Positions 29,112-39,791 are shown, counted from the first letter of the stretch. The stretch is DNA of 45,941 nt from an uncultured Mycoplasma sp. (GCA_964616405.1 CAZTRE010000006.1:1-45941), one strand, 5' to 3'. The notes: generated by a model from the letters alone, not told the origin. Program-made: numbers and translations.

Positions 29112-30032
29112 TTACTCCCAATTTACAAATTCTTGTTCTATTTTCATATCGATACCATATTCATCCAATACTTTTTGATGTACCAACTCGATCAATTCTT
29201 TAACATCTTTTCCTTTTGCTTTTTTATAATTAATAATGAAATTGGCATGTTTCTCACTAACTTTAGCTCCACCAATAGATTTTCCTTTAAGACCTAAATC
29301 TTCAATCAATTTACCCGCAAACATTCCTTCAGGATTTCTAAATACTGAGCCTGCTGATGGGTATTCTAAAGGCTGAGACTCCATACGACGATGTCGTCTT
29401 TCTTTAATTACTTCGTCTAATGCATTCTTATCACCTTTTTCAAGCTTTATCACAACTTCTAAACAAATATAGTTTGGATGTTTTTGTAAAAAAGATGTTC
29501 TATAATGAAAGTTCATTTCTTTATTTTCTAATGTAATAATATTAAAATCGGGTGTTAAAACTTTAACCTCACTAACAATGTATCCCATATCACTTTTATA
29601 GGCACCAGCATTCATAAATACTGCGCCCCCAACCGTTCCTGGAATGCCTGAGGCAAATTCAAGTCCTGCTAAACCCTTCTTTGCCGCCTGTAATGATAAT
29701 TTCATTAATGAATATCCAGCGCCAACTCGAATCTTATTTCTTCCAAAAAACTCAATATTATCAAATCCACTTAATCTAATTATTACTCCATCAAAAACAG
29801 CATCGCTAAATAAAACATTGGAACCAAATCCTAATATTTTATATTTAATATGATGAGTTTTAATTATTTTTAGTAGTTTGATTAAACATTCTACATTTTT
29901 TGGATAAACCATCAATTTGGCATTACCCCCAACTTTATATGTAGTATGTTTGCTTAATGGAACATTTCGCTCGCATTTCCCAATACCAGCCGCTTCTATC
30001 ATTTTAATTAACTCACTTCTCATATAATTCAC
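29112..30032 (-). CDS. murB: UDP-N-acetylmuramate dehydrogenase
   Basis: HTTYKVGG, G.GSN, GIPGTVGGAVFMNAGAY, PSAGSVFRNP and KHANF. Confidence 0.97.
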   Translation of the reverse strand: MNYMRSELIKMIEAAGIGKCERNVPLSKHTTYKVGGNAKLMVYPKNVECLIKLLKIIKTHHIKYKILGFGSNVLFSDAVFDGVIIRLSGFDNIEFFGRNKIRVGAGYSLMKLSLQAAKKGLAGLEFASGIPGTVGGAVFMNAGAYKSDMGYIVSEVKVLTPDFNIITLENKEMNFHYRTSFLQKHPNYICLEVVIKLEKGDKNALDEVIKERRHRRMESQPLEYPSAGSVFRNPEGMFAGKLIEDLGLKGKSIGGAKVSEKHANFIINYKKAKGKDVKELIELVHQKVLDEYGIDMKIEQEFVNWE

Positions 30033-31105
30033 CCAATTATCTTTCTAATCTCATCATAGATCTTAGTGGCCGAATCTAAAACGCCCAGTTTTTTACTAGC
30101 TTTCATCATATCAGCATATGCCTTACTATCGTTTAATAACTTATCAATTTCCTCAATTAAAATATCCTTAGAAAAATTTTCTTCTTCTACGATCTTACAT
30201 GCGCCTAAATCTTCTAATTCTTTAGCATTCATATATTGGTGATTATGAGTAACATATGGCGATGGTACTAAAATAGCTGGTAACCCTATGGCCGTAATTT
30301 CTGCGATAGTTGAAGCGCCTGCACGTGAAACAATCAAATCAGTATCCTTCATCACATTAATAAAATTATCTAAATAAGGTACAACCTTAACATTATCCGG
30401 CACCTTAACTTCTTTATAATTGTCAATATACTCTTTACCCGTAACCACTACCACTTGATACTTTTTATTCTTAAATCCCGGTATTAGTTCTTTTACCTTT
30501 TTAGTCATAGTTGCAGAACCCAAAGAACCCATTACAATAATCACTAACTTCTTTGTACCATCTAATCCCAAACTTTTTTTTGAGACCTTTTTAACATCAA
30601 TAATTTCTTCACTTCTAGGATTTCCCGTATAAACAACATTTTTACTTTTAAATAAATTAATACTATTAGGCAAAGAAACGCAAACGCAATCAACCACTTT
30701 GGCTAATAACTTATTAGAAAGACCCGGAATAGAGTTTTGTTCATGAATAATCGTCTTATATCCCAAACTATGGGCAGCCGTTAATACTGGTAAAGTAATA
30801 TAACCTCCTACTCCAATCACTATATCTGGATTAAATTTCTTGATTTCCTTCTTCGCATCCTTAATTGCTTTATTATATTTTTTCAAAACTTGAAAATTTT
30901 TAAATAAATTTTTTCTGTCTAATCCACTGACTTCTAAACCAACAAAATCAATCCCTAATTTAGGAATAATATCTTTTTCCATTCGATCAGTAGTACCTAT
31001 ATATAAAATTTCACTATTTGCTTCTTTTTCTTTAATCTTATTTATAATTGCTAATGCTGGATATATATGACCACCTGTTCCTCCAGCTACAACTATCGCT
31101 CTCAT
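30029..31105 (-). CDS. murG: Lipid II GlcNAc transferase
   Basis: GGTGGHIYP, HEQN, GNPR, GSLG, RAGAST and HQY.NA. Confidence 0.97.
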   Translation of the reverse strand: MRAIVVAGGTGGHIYPALAIINKIKEKEANSEILYIGTTDRMEKDIIPKLGIDFVGLEVSGLDRKNLFKNFQVLKKYNKAIKDAKKEIKKFNPDIVIGVGGYITLPVLTAAHSLGYKTIIHEQNSIPGLSNKLLAKVVDCVCVSLPNSINLFKSKNVVYTGNPRSEEIIDVKKVSKKSLGLDGTKKLVIIVMGSLGSATMTKKVKELIPGFKNKKYQVVVVTGKEYIDNYKEVKVPDNVKVVPYLDNFINVMKDTDLIVSRAGASTIAEITAIGLPAILVPSPYVTHNHQYMNAKELEDLGACKIVEEENFSKDILIEEIDKLLNDSKAYADMMKASKKLGVLDSATKIYDEIRKIIG

Positions 31106-31290
31106 TATTTAATCACATCCCGTTACTTTATTATACCATACATCGCTTTTATTATCTAAAATAATCTATACATCTTTATAATATAATATTCATATTAATT
31201 ATAACCCATACTATAAATTATGTAAATAAAAGCCCTAGTAAATAAACAAAATATATGATAAAATTAAACACAAAAGAAAAGAGGAATATT

Positions 31291-32448
31291 ATGAAAGCTA
31301 TCGGAATAATTGCTGAATACAATCCTTTCCATAATGGTCACTTATATCATTTAACCAAAATAAAAGAATTATATAAAGATTATGCTATCGTGCTAGTAAT
31401 GAGTGGCAACTTTACAGAACGTGGAGATGTTTCCATAATTGATAAATGGAAAAAAACTGAAATTGCTAAAAAAGCAGGCATAGATTTAATTGTTGAACTA
31501 CCTTTTCCATTCGCCACTCAAAGTGCCGACTACTTTAGTTATGGAGCAATTACCATTCTAGAATATCTAGGCGTAGAAAGAGTAGTATTTGGTAGTGAAT
31601 CTAATAACATACACGACTTAGAATTAATCGCAGATGCTCAACTTAATAATGAAGATTTTGATAAATTAGTAAAAATATACTCCAAATTTGGATATAACTA
31701 CCCTACCGCTCTATCTTTAGCATTAAAAGATTTAACTGGTAAAAATATAACTACACCTAATGACCTTTTAGGAGTAAGCTATATTAAAACTATCAAGAAA
31801 AATAATTATAAAATTATCCCCGAAACAATTAAACGAACTAGCTCCTATCATGATGAAGAACTAATTGAACATTCTAGTGCCACTGCCATTAGAAAAGCTT
31901 TAAAAGAACACAAAAATATCAGTGAATTTGTACCTAAATTTACTATAGACTATTTAACTAACCTTCACTTTATTGAAGAATACTTTCCCCTTTTAAAATA
32001 TAAAATCTTAACCGAGGCAGATCTCTCAATATATCAAACAGTTGATGAAGGCATTGAAAAAGCCATTAAAAAAGAAATAACTAACACTACATCTTATGAT
32101 GAACTAGTTCAAAAATTAAAAAGTAAACGCTATACTTATAATAAAATTACTAGAATGCTTCTTCATATATTATGTGGTTTTACCAAAGAAAAAGCTGCTT
32201 CCTTTAAAGAAATTTCATATATCAGACTCCTAGGATTTAACGAAACAGGTCGAAATTATTTAAGTAGTATAAAAAAAGATATCCCCGTTCCACTTATAAG
32301 TAAAATTAGTCGCACAAAAAATCCTATGTTAGAATATGAAATCTATACAACAAGCATTTATGCTTTAACTTCATCACACGAAGAAGAATTGTTACTAAAT
32401 AATCAAGAATATAAAAACTTAATGAATACGAAAGGAACAAAATTATGA
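31291..32448 (+). CDS. tmcAL: tRNA(Met) cytidine acetate ligase (YlbM)
   Basis: GIIAEYNPFHNGH, MSGNF..RG, PNDLLG..Y, SATAIR and KRYT..R. Confidence 0.9.
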   Translation: MKAIGIIAEYNPFHNGHLYHLTKIKELYKDYAIVLVMSGNFTERGDVSIIDKWKKTEIAKKAGIDLIVELPFPFATQSADYFSYGAITILEYLGVERVVFGSESNNIHDLELIADAQLNNEDFDKLVKIYSKFGYNYPTALSLALKDLTGKNITTPNDLLGVSYIKTIKKNNYKIIPETIKRTSSYHDEELIEHSSATAIRKALKEHKNISEFVPKFTIDYLTNLHFIEEYFPLLKYKILTEADLSIYQTVDEGIEKAIKKEITNTTSYDELVQKLKSKRYTYNKITRMLLHILCGFTKEKAASFKEISYIRLLGFNETGRNYLSSIKKDIPVPLISKISRTKNPMLEYEIYTTSIYALTSSHEEELLLNNQEYKNLMNTKGTKL

Positions 32449-33128
32449 TAAAACGTAAAAATACTGGTCAATTAATTGTAATATCTTCTCCAAGTGGTTG
32501 TGGCAAAGGAACAATTATTTCTAAGCTCATGGAAAATGATAATAAAAGTAGATGGTTATCTGTCTCAACTACTTCTAGGCCAATAAGAACTAATGATATT
32601 CCAGGTGAAACATATAACTTTGTCACCAAAGAAGAATTTGAAAAATTAATTGAAGAAGATTACTTTATCGAATATACAAACTACGTTGGTAATTACTATG
32701 GTACACCAAAAAAATTCATCAAAGAAAAATTAGAAGAAGGAATAGATGTTATTCTTGAAATAGAAATTGAAGGTGCTTCAAATATCAAAAAAATAATTCC
32801 CGAAGCCCTATTTATATTTATTATGCCACCGTCTCTAAAAATTATGGTAGAACGTCTTAAAAAACGTAATACAGATTCTAAAGATAAAATAATCGAAAGA
32901 TTCCGCACTGCTTACAAGGAAATAAATGAAGTGACAAGATACAACTACGTTGTCGTTAATGACATTCTAGAAGATGCCGTCGATAAAGTTGAAGCAATTA
33001 TTAAAGCTGAAAAGTGTCGCGTTGATCGTATTGAAGAAGTATTCCTTGATACTAAGGAAGAAGAAATTCATGAATTATTAATGGATGAAGAATTTATAAA
33101 CGAAAGTATCACAGAGAAAATTCAATAA
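32445..33128 (+). CDS. gmk: Guanylate kinase
   Basis: SPSGCGKGT P-loop, SVS.T.R..R, YNFV and YYGTP. Confidence 0.95.
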   Translation: MIKRKNTGQLIVISSPSGCGKGTIISKLMENDNKSRWLSVSTTSRPIRTNDIPGETYNFVTKEEFEKLIEEDYFIEYTNYVGNYYGTPKKFIKEKLEEGIDVILEIEIEGASNIKKIIPEALFIFIMPPSLKIMVERLKKRNTDSKDKIIERFRTAYKEINEVTRYNYVVVNDILEDAVDKVEAIIKAEKCRVDRIEEVFLDTKEEEIHELLMDEEFINESITEKIQ

Positions 33129-33171
33129 TTAAAAATAAAAGCACATATAATAAGAATTCAAAATAAAATAG

Positions 33172-33231
33172 AAAAAACAGGGTTTAAGGATGTCCACATT
33201 TTAAAGTGACAATCACAAAAATCCTGTTTTT
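33172..33231. terminator. Long imperfect hairpin between convergent genes
   Basis: AAAAACAGG...CCTGTTTTT outer stem with an inner imperfect stem. Confidence 0.5.
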
Positions 33232-33251
33232 AATTATAATTTTTTAGTAAT

Positions 33252-34424
33252 TCAGTTATTAATTTTTTTAACCTTACTATTTGAATGTAAACCATTATTT
33301 CTTCTTGGTGGAAGTTTTGGTGGAAACCCGCTATTTCTTCTAGACGAAAGTCCCGGTGGGACAATACCAGCCAACTTGCAATTTATGCTTCTTTCAATAA
33401 GATTTTTGTCCTTCTCAGTTAATTCAACATACGGACAAACATCTTTTTTATAATCTTCTCTTTCTCTATGATTATTGTTTAAAGTAATTGTTCCTTCAAT
33501 ATATCCTTTTTTGCTAAAGTCAATAAACCTATTTCTCATAGTTAGGCAAACACCTAAATATTTATCATTTTCTAGTAATGCTATCCACACATGATTTTGA
33601 TCTGATGGTACATAATATCCACTAACTTTTTCAACCGGACATTTTGCCAAAGAATTATTTAGTAATAATAAAGCTAAGTCACTTTGTCCTGAACAAACAC
33701 CTTGTCTATTTTTGTATGTTGATATCGCGTTTTTTGCATCATCTGCAACATAATATACACTTCTCCCATTATGAACACCTGTTTTATAATGTTCCCCACC
33801 AAAACGTATATTTTTATTAATATAATCAGCTATTAAATACATCTTTTCAACATCCGTAAAACCTTTAATCCATCCAACATCAGGCAAAATGCTTGACCAG
33901 ACATCTCTAATAATTGCTCTTTCTTCCAAAAACTTATCTCTGTCAAAAATAAATAAAGGATTATTAAAAACATATCTTAAACTATCTTCATCTAAATTTC
34001 TTAAATAAATATCAGATAAATAACAACTACTTCGTACTTTCCGAACATCAATTAAGCCTGCTCTTACAATATTACCAGCATCGTGATCATCAAAATATGT
34101 AGTATATATATTATTACTTTTGTCCCCTTCAATAGCCAACATGATTTTGTTAAATTGCTTGCCACTTGCACTTATTTCAATTTCTACATTTCCATCACAT
34201 ACTATATTTAATAATCTAAACATTTCAACATAATCTAAAACTTCATGACTGTTATCAATGCTTAAATTTACTAAATATTGCTTATTAGGATCTTTTGAAA
34301 ATTTATGTATTTCCGTATATAAATCTTCTTTATTTAAAGTTTCTAAAGCCGTATCATTTATCATTACTTGAATGCCAATATCCCCATTAGGAATACCTTT
34401 CAATATTCGAAAAAGATTTTTCAT
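33252..34424 (-). CDS. Hypothetical protein with a transglutaminase-like domain and proline/basic tail
   Basis: EK..LI.DYI..NI, GVCSGQS (catalytic Cys) and NHVW (catalytic His). Confidence 0.75.
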   Translation of the reverse strand: MKNLFRILKGIPNGDIGIQVMINDTALETLNKEDLYTEIHKFSKDPNKQYLVNLSIDNSHEVLDYVEMFRLLNIVCDGNVEIEISASGKQFNKIMLAIEGDKSNNIYTTYFDDHDAGNIVRAGLIDVRKVRSSCYLSDIYLRNLDEDSLRYVFNNPLFIFDRDKFLEERAIIRDVWSSILPDVGWIKGFTDVEKMYLIADYINKNIRFGGEHYKTGVHNGRSVYYVADDAKNAISTYKNRQGVCSGQSDLALLLLNNSLAKCPVEKVSGYYVPSDQNHVWIALLENDKYLGVCLTMRNRFIDFSKKGYIEGTITLNNNHREREDYKKDVCPYVELTEKDKNLIERSINCKLAGIVPPGLSSRRNSGFPPKLPPRRNNGLHSNSKVKKINN

Positions 34425-34453
34425 ATATCACTACACTCCTCTAAATGTCTTAT

Positions 34454-34482
34454 ATTATACCATCAATGATAAAATCATTCAA
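34454..34482 (-). promoter_or_regulatory. SigmaA-like promoter
   Basis: TTGAAT-17bp-TATAAT with TG extension. Confidence 0.75.
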
Positions 34483-34499
34483 CCCAAACAAAAAAGTGA

Positions 34500-35912
34500 T
34501 TATTTAATCACTTCAATTTTCATTAAATTTGTTGGATTAGACTTTCCTGTCGTTGGGAAACCACCAGTCAATACAACGATATCCCCTGTATTTAACTCAG
34601 TAAATTTCTTACCAGTTTCGATACTCGCAGTTAAAACTTCATCAGTAGTTCCAAGCATTGGAATAGTTTTTGCGTAAACTCCCCAGTTTAATGCTAATCT
34701 GCGACAAGCAGCTTCATCCGGACATAATGCCAAAATTGGTGCCTTCGGCTTAAAATTACTAATCATTCTTGCTGTTGAACCACTAATTGTTGCTGTACAA
34801 ATTAGTTTGGCATCTAATCTATTTGAACTATTAACAACACTCTCAGCAATTGCATCGCTTGTAGTTTTAACCCGGGCAAACTCATTTACATAATCAAAAT
34901 CAGCATATTGTTCAGTCACTTCACAAATCTTCGCCATTGCTGCGACCGTTTCAACTGGATGCTTACCTACAGTTGTTTCGCCACTTAACATAACAGCATC
35001 AGTTCCATCTAAAACTGCATTAGCAATATCACTTGTTTCAGCTCTTTTTGGTCGATTATTCTCCATCATCGTTTCTAACATTTCAGTAGCAACAATACAA
35101 ATTTTACCCATTTTACGGCAAGTCTTAATCATATTTTTTTGAACGATTGGTAGCTTTTCAGATTCAACCTCAGTTCCTAAATCACCACGAGCAACCATTA
35201 CTCCATCAGAAACCTCCAAAATTGATTCCAAATTACTTATACCTAAATCGCTTTCAATTTTACAAATAATAAGTAAATCTTCACGATTATATTCTTTTAA
35301 AATTTCTTTAATCTCTAAAACATCTTCTTTACATGATACAAACGAAATAGCTAAGAATTCTCCTCCATTTTCACAAGCAAATTTAATATCTTCACGATCA
35401 AGATCACTAACATATGGCATATTTAATTTAACTCCAGGAACACTCATACTCTTATGATTTCCAAGGACTCCACCACTAATAATTTTACAAGTAACGCCAT
35501 CGTTTTCCTTACTAATTACCTCTAATTTCATTTTTGCATTTTCAAGTAACACCAAAGATCCAATTTTTAAGCTATCTAAAGCTTCAGGATGGTTAACTGT
35601 AAATCTCTCACTATTACCCAAAACATTATCTTTAACTAATCTAATAGTTTTTCCTTCAACTAAAGTAATTTTATCACCTACAAAACTACCACTTCTAAAT
35701 TCAGGTCCCTTTGTATCCCATAATATAGCTACATTTGCGCCAGTTTTTTCTCTAACTGTCTTCACTGAATTAATAACTTGATATCTTTCTTCTAATGTTG
35801 CGTGTGTAAAGTTAACTCTTGCCACATTCATACCTGCGTTTACCATTTGCTCCATTACTTCAGCTTGATTTGAAGCAGGACCAATACTACATATAATTTT
35901 AGTCTTCTTCAT
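34500..35912 (-). CDS. pyk: Pyruvate kinase
   Basis: KTKIICSIGP, DTKGPE, KIE, MVARGDLG, RAE.SDIANA and MLSGET. Confidence 0.97.
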   Translation of the reverse strand: MKKTKIICSIGPASNQAEVMEQMVNAGMNVARVNFTHATLEERYQVINSVKTVREKTGANVAILWDTKGPEFRSGSFVGDKITLVEGKTIRLVKDNVLGNSERFTVNHPEALDSLKIGSLVLLENAKMKLEVISKENDGVTCKIISGGVLGNHKSMSVPGVKLNMPYVSDLDREDIKFACENGGEFLAISFVSCKEDVLEIKEILKEYNREDLLIICKIESDLGISNLESILEVSDGVMVARGDLGTEVESEKLPIVQKNMIKTCRKMGKICIVATEMLETMMENNRPKRAETSDIANAVLDGTDAVMLSGETTVGKHPVETVAAMAKICEVTEQYADFDYVNEFARVKTTSDAIAESVVNSSNRLDAKLICTATISGSTARMISNFKPKAPILALCPDEAACRRLALNWGVYAKTIPMLGTTDEVLTASIETGKKFTELNTGDIVVLTGGFPTTGKSNPTNLMKIEVIK

Positions 35913-35988
35913 ATAATACTCCTCCTAAGCGCAATCTAAATTTTAGCATATAACTTCCACTTTATCAAGTAAATTTATCTCTTCAGAA

Positions 35989-36810
35989 TTACTTTTGGCA
36001 CTTACAACAAAAATGTGTACCTCTTCCTCCAACTCTTATTTTTCCCAAAACTTCACCGCACCTAGGGCACTTCTCTCCTGCCTTTCCATGAACCAATAAT
36101 TCATTTTGGAAAAGTCCATGTACACCTTCACTAGATGTAAAACTTTTAATAGTTGTGCCGCCTAATTTTATTGCTCTATCTAAAATGCATCTAGTATTTT
36201 CAATTATTTTAGCGCATTCTTCTATAGTAACATCACAAGCTTTTCTAAGTGGGTGAATTTTACTCATAAATAATATTTCATCATCATAAATATTTCCAAT
36301 TCCACAAATAATACTTTGATCAAGTAAAACTGTCTTTATTGGCAACTTTTTCTTATGAATCGCCTCATACAAATATTCCTTGGTAAGATCATCATCATAA
36401 TATTCTACTCCCATTTGCAATAAAGGTTCTACATCAAATACTTGCTCTTTAGGAATTAAATGCATCTTACCAAATTTACGTACATCATGAAATCTAAAAC
36501 TTTCTTGATCATCTAAAATAAATTCAACATGTTCATGTTTAGATAGTTCGTCACCTTTTTTTCTAAACATAAACTTTCCTTCCATTCTTAAATGAATCAA
36601 TAGACTATCTTTATCAAGCATCATTACAATCCATTTACCCCGAGTGGTAATATCATTAATCTTTTGACCAATAACCTTTTTCTTAAATTCATCACTCGTA
36701 GGAAAAGCAATAATATTATCCCAATAAACATTGCATCCTGTAATTGTCTTTCCAAGTAATCTAGGTTTTAAACTCTCAACAACCGTAATTACCTCAGGTT
36801 TTTCAGGCAT
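35989..36810 (-). CDS. mutM: Formamidopyrimidine-DNA glycosylase
   Basis: MPE.PEV start, HLRMEG, RKFG, GIGNIY.DE and C-terminal zinc finger. Confidence 0.97.
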   Translation of the reverse strand: MPEKPEVITVVESLKPRLLGKTITGCNVYWDNIIAFPTSDEFKKKVIGQKINDITTRGKWIVMMLDKDSLLIHLRMEGKFMFRKKGDELSKHEHVEFILDDQESFRFHDVRKFGKMHLIPKEQVFDVEPLLQMGVEYYDDDLTKEYLYEAIHKKKLPIKTVLLDQSIICGIGNIYDDEILFMSKIHPLRKACDVTIEECAKIIENTRCILDRAIKLGGTTIKSFTSSEGVHGLFQNELLVHGKAGEKCPRCGEVLGKIRVGGRGTHFCCKCQK

Positions 36811-36838
36811 AAACCCATCTCCTATCTACTTCTTATAT

Positions 36839-39457
36839 TTATTTTGCTTCATACCAGTTACTACCCACTTCAATATCAACCTTTAATGGTACATCTAACT
36901 TAAATGTGTTTTCCATTATATTTTCAACTATCTCTTTTACCTCTTCTAATTCTTCATTTAAAACATTAAATACAAGTTCGTCGTGCACCTGAATAAGCAT
37001 TTTACTTTTCAAACCACGTTTGTTGAACTCTTCGAATATTTCTACCATAGCCTTTTTTAAAATATCTGCAGCTGTCCCTTGAATTGGTGTATTAAGAGCC
37101 ATTCTCTCCCCACTACTCCTAATCATAAAATTTTTACTTTTTAATTCTTCAATTACCCTTTTACGATTCATAAGAGTTTTTACATATCCCAAACTATAAG
37201 CATCAGCTTTTTCTTTCTCCATATATTCTTTTATTCCCGGATAAGTCTCTAAATAATTATCAATAAATTTCTTAGCAGTTACTATATCAATACCTAAATC
37301 CTCTGATAAACCAAAACTACTTATTCCATATAAAATACCAAAGTTTACTGCCTTAGCAGTTCTCCTCATATCGTTAGTAACCTCATTCATTGGGACTTTA
37401 TAAATATCACTCGCCGTTTTTGTATGAATATCCTCTTCATCAATAAATGCCTTAATTAAATTAGAAGCTTTAGACATATGAGCAAATATTCTAAGTTCAA
37501 CCTGCGAATAATCACTAGATAATAAACATGAATCATCATCTGCAACAAATGCTTTTCTAATCAACTTAGAAAATTCTGCTCTAGCTGGAATATTTTGTAA
37601 ATTAGGACTAATACTTGAAAGTCTTCCTGTTCTTGTCAGCGTTTGTGTAAATATTGTATGAATTCTACCATCTTCTCTAACTTCTTCTCTTAAACCAACC
37701 GCATAATTAGTATATAACTTAGCTACTGTTCTATATTCTAATATCTTATCTACAATAGGATTAACGTCCTTAATTTTGTCTAAAACATCTTTACTTGTAG
37801 AGTATTTATTATCTTTAACTCTCTTAGGATAGGGAATTGCTAAATCTTCAAATAGCACTTTTGCCAGTTGTGCTGGAGACATAATATTAAATTTAGTTCC
37901 GGCTAAAGAATAAATTTCTTCCTCCAAAATATCCATAACTTGTTTTAATTGTTCTTCAACCCCACTCAAGTATTTTGTATCAACTTTAATACCTGCAATT
38001 TCCATATCCGCTAACACTCTCGTCAAAGGCATCTCAATATCTTTAAATAGCTCTAACTCTTCTGCTTCCTCTAATTCTTTTAGTAATCTTTCTCTAGTTG
38101 TATAAATAAATCTTGCTTTTTTACAACATACTTCTTTTAAATCATCCAATGTAACTTCTTTTGGTCTCTTATCCGTTCCATATAAATCTTCATATAAAGG
38201 AATATCTTCATCAAAAGCTTGTGCTACATACGCAATATCATCTTTAATTACATAATCCAATAAATATGTTGCAATCATTGTATCAAATGAAACATTATTA
38301 AATTCAATTTCTAAATTATTAAGAACAACTAAATTTTTCTTAAAGTCATATGTATATTTTTCTAAATTTGACTCAAACAATTCTTTATAATTTCCAAGTT
38401 TCTCCTTCGGAATGAAATATCCATTTTCTCCATCATAAATTCCCATTCCTAAGATTTCACTTTTACTATAAACTAAACCACGTGTTTCCAAATAAAATGC
38501 GAAATTTTTATTTGAAAAATCACTAATATCTTTAATGTTTATCTTTTCACCTTTTTCTTCTTCTATTAAAGATTCATTGTTTAGTGACGTTTGGGTAAAA
38601 TCAATCTTTCTTAACATTGAATGGAACTCAAACTCCTCAAGTATTTCCTTAAACTTTTCTGCATTAATACCATTGTAAATACAATCTTCTAAATTAAAAT
38701 CTAATGGTACATCTCTAAATATAGTAGCCAAGTCATAACTCATATAAGCATTTTCTTTATCATTAATTAACTTTTCTTTTGTTTTTCCCGTAACACTTTC
38801 TATATTTTCATATAAGCCATCTAGACTTCCATACTTAACAAGTAAATTAATAGCCGTTTTTTCTCCAATCCCTTTTACCCCTGGAATATGATCACTAGCA
38901 TCCCCCATTAATGCCTTTAAATCAATCATTCTTATTGGTTCAACTTGATACGTATTTTTAAATTCTTCTTTATTCATCAAAATATGACCACTTTGTTTTA
39001 ATAATTTTACATCTACTTCATCAGAGATTAATTGCAATAAATCTTTATCACTACTTACAATTGTAGCGACAAACTCATCTTCTTCATCTACTTTTTTTGC
39101 AAGCGTACCAATAATATCATCAGCCTCATAATTTTCTATTTCAAAATGTTTAATTCCCATTGCATCAAGTACTTCTTTTGCTTTAGGAAATTGTACACGT
39201 AATTCCTCTGGCATCTCAGCTCGACCAGCTTTATAACTATCATATTTATCATGTCTAAAGGTCTTTCCTTTATCAAATGCCACCATTATATATGTTGGTT
39301 TTTCTTCTTTAATTATTTTATTCATCATATTGATAAAACCATACAATGCATTCGTTGGAAAACCTTTAGAATTTTTCATAATAACGCCTTGATATGCCGT
39401 TGCATAAAAACTTCTAAACAATAAATTATTACCATCCACTAATATTATTTTCTTCAT
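36839..39457 (-). CDS. polA: DNA polymerase I
   Basis: 5'-3' exonuclease motifs (VDGN, EADD, GDASD); TGRLSS..PNLQNIP, DYSQVELR, AKAVNFGILYG and QVHDEL. Confidence 0.98.
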   Translation of the reverse strand: MKKIILVDGNNLLFRSFYATAYQGVIMKNSKGFPTNALYGFINMMNKIIKEEKPTYIMVAFDKGKTFRHDKYDSYKAGRAEMPEELRVQFPKAKEVLDAMGIKHFEIENYEADDIIGTLAKKVDEEDEFVATIVSSDKDLLQLISDEVDVKLLKQSGHILMNKEEFKNTYQVEPIRMIDLKALMGDASDHIPGVKGIGEKTAINLLVKYGSLDGLYENIESVTGKTKEKLINDKENAYMSYDLATIFRDVPLDFNLEDCIYNGINAEKFKEILEEFEFHSMLRKIDFTQTSLNNESLIEEEKGEKINIKDISDFSNKNFAFYLETRGLVYSKSEILGMGIYDGENGYFIPKEKLGNYKELFESNLEKYTYDFKKNLVVLNNLEIEFNNVSFDTMIATYLLDYVIKDDIAYVAQAFDEDIPLYEDLYGTDKRPKEVTLDDLKEVCCKKARFIYTTRERLLKELEEAEELELFKDIEMPLTRVLADMEIAGIKVDTKYLSGVEEQLKQVMDILEEEIYSLAGTKFNIMSPAQLAKVLFEDLAIPYPKRVKDNKYSTSKDVLDKIKDVNPIVDKILEYRTVAKLYTNYAVGLREEVREDGRIHTIFTQTLTRTGRLSSISPNLQNIPARAEFSKLIRKAFVADDDSCLLSSDYSQVELRIFAHMSKASNLIKAFIDEEDIHTKTASDIYKVPMNEVTNDMRRTAKAVNFGILYGISSFGLSEDLGIDIVTAKKFIDNYLETYPGIKEYMEKEKADAYSLGYVKTLMNRKRVIEELKSKNFMIRSSGERMALNTPIQGTAADILKKAMVEIFEEFNKRGLKSKMLIQVHDELVFNVLNEELEEVKEIVENIMENTFKLDVPLKVDIEVGSNWYEAK

Positions 39458-39505
39458 ATTTATCACCTGCAACTAGTATATCATAATTAAATATTTTTTA
39501 ATACT

Positions 39506-39664
39506 TTACTTATCAATTTTCATACTGATATCAGTAACTTTTTCAAGTTTTTCTTGCTCATTCAACCTTTCAACTCGCTCAGCCATCATCAATATACAAA
39601 TAATTGCAACAACATAAACAGCTAATAACTTTAACCCTTTCCTAACTACACTTTTTAATTTCAT
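39506..39664 (-). CDS. Small single-TM protein divergent from lexA; candidate SOS division inhibitor (YneA/SosA analogue)
   Basis: 52 aa MKLKSVVRKG-TM-charged tail; GGGAG RBS; SOS box inside its promoter. Confidence 0.7.
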   Translation of the reverse strand: MKLKSVVRKGLKLLAVYVVAIICILMMAERVERLNEQEKLEKVTDISMKIDK

Positions 39665-39693
39665 ATACATCTCTCCCTTCAATTTATACTTCA

Positions 39694-39722
39694 ATTATAA
39701 TTCGAACAGAAGTTCGTGTCAA
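39694..39722 (-). promoter_or_regulatory. Consensus sigmaA promoter containing a LexA (SOS) box
   Basis: TTGACA-17bp-TATAAT on the minus strand; CGAAC-AGAA-GTTCG at 39703-39716 fills the spacer. Confidence 0.9.
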
Positions 39723-39730
39723 TAAATATT

Positions 39731-39770
39731 GAAACATTTGTTTGACATTTTACACTTGTGATGGTAAACT
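39731..39770 (+). promoter_or_regulatory. lexA promoter with an overlapping degenerate SOS box
   Basis: GAAAC-ATTT-GTTTG (39731-39744) overlaps TTGACA (39742-39747)-17bp-TAAACT. Confidence 0.75.
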
Positions 39771-39791
39771 AAATATATAAGGAGGGATTAC

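Noticed and set aside
39665-39694. N-terminal extension of the small ORF divergent from lexA (track start 39694)
   Set aside because: It starts at the -10 element and spans the RBS; the real start is most likely 39664.
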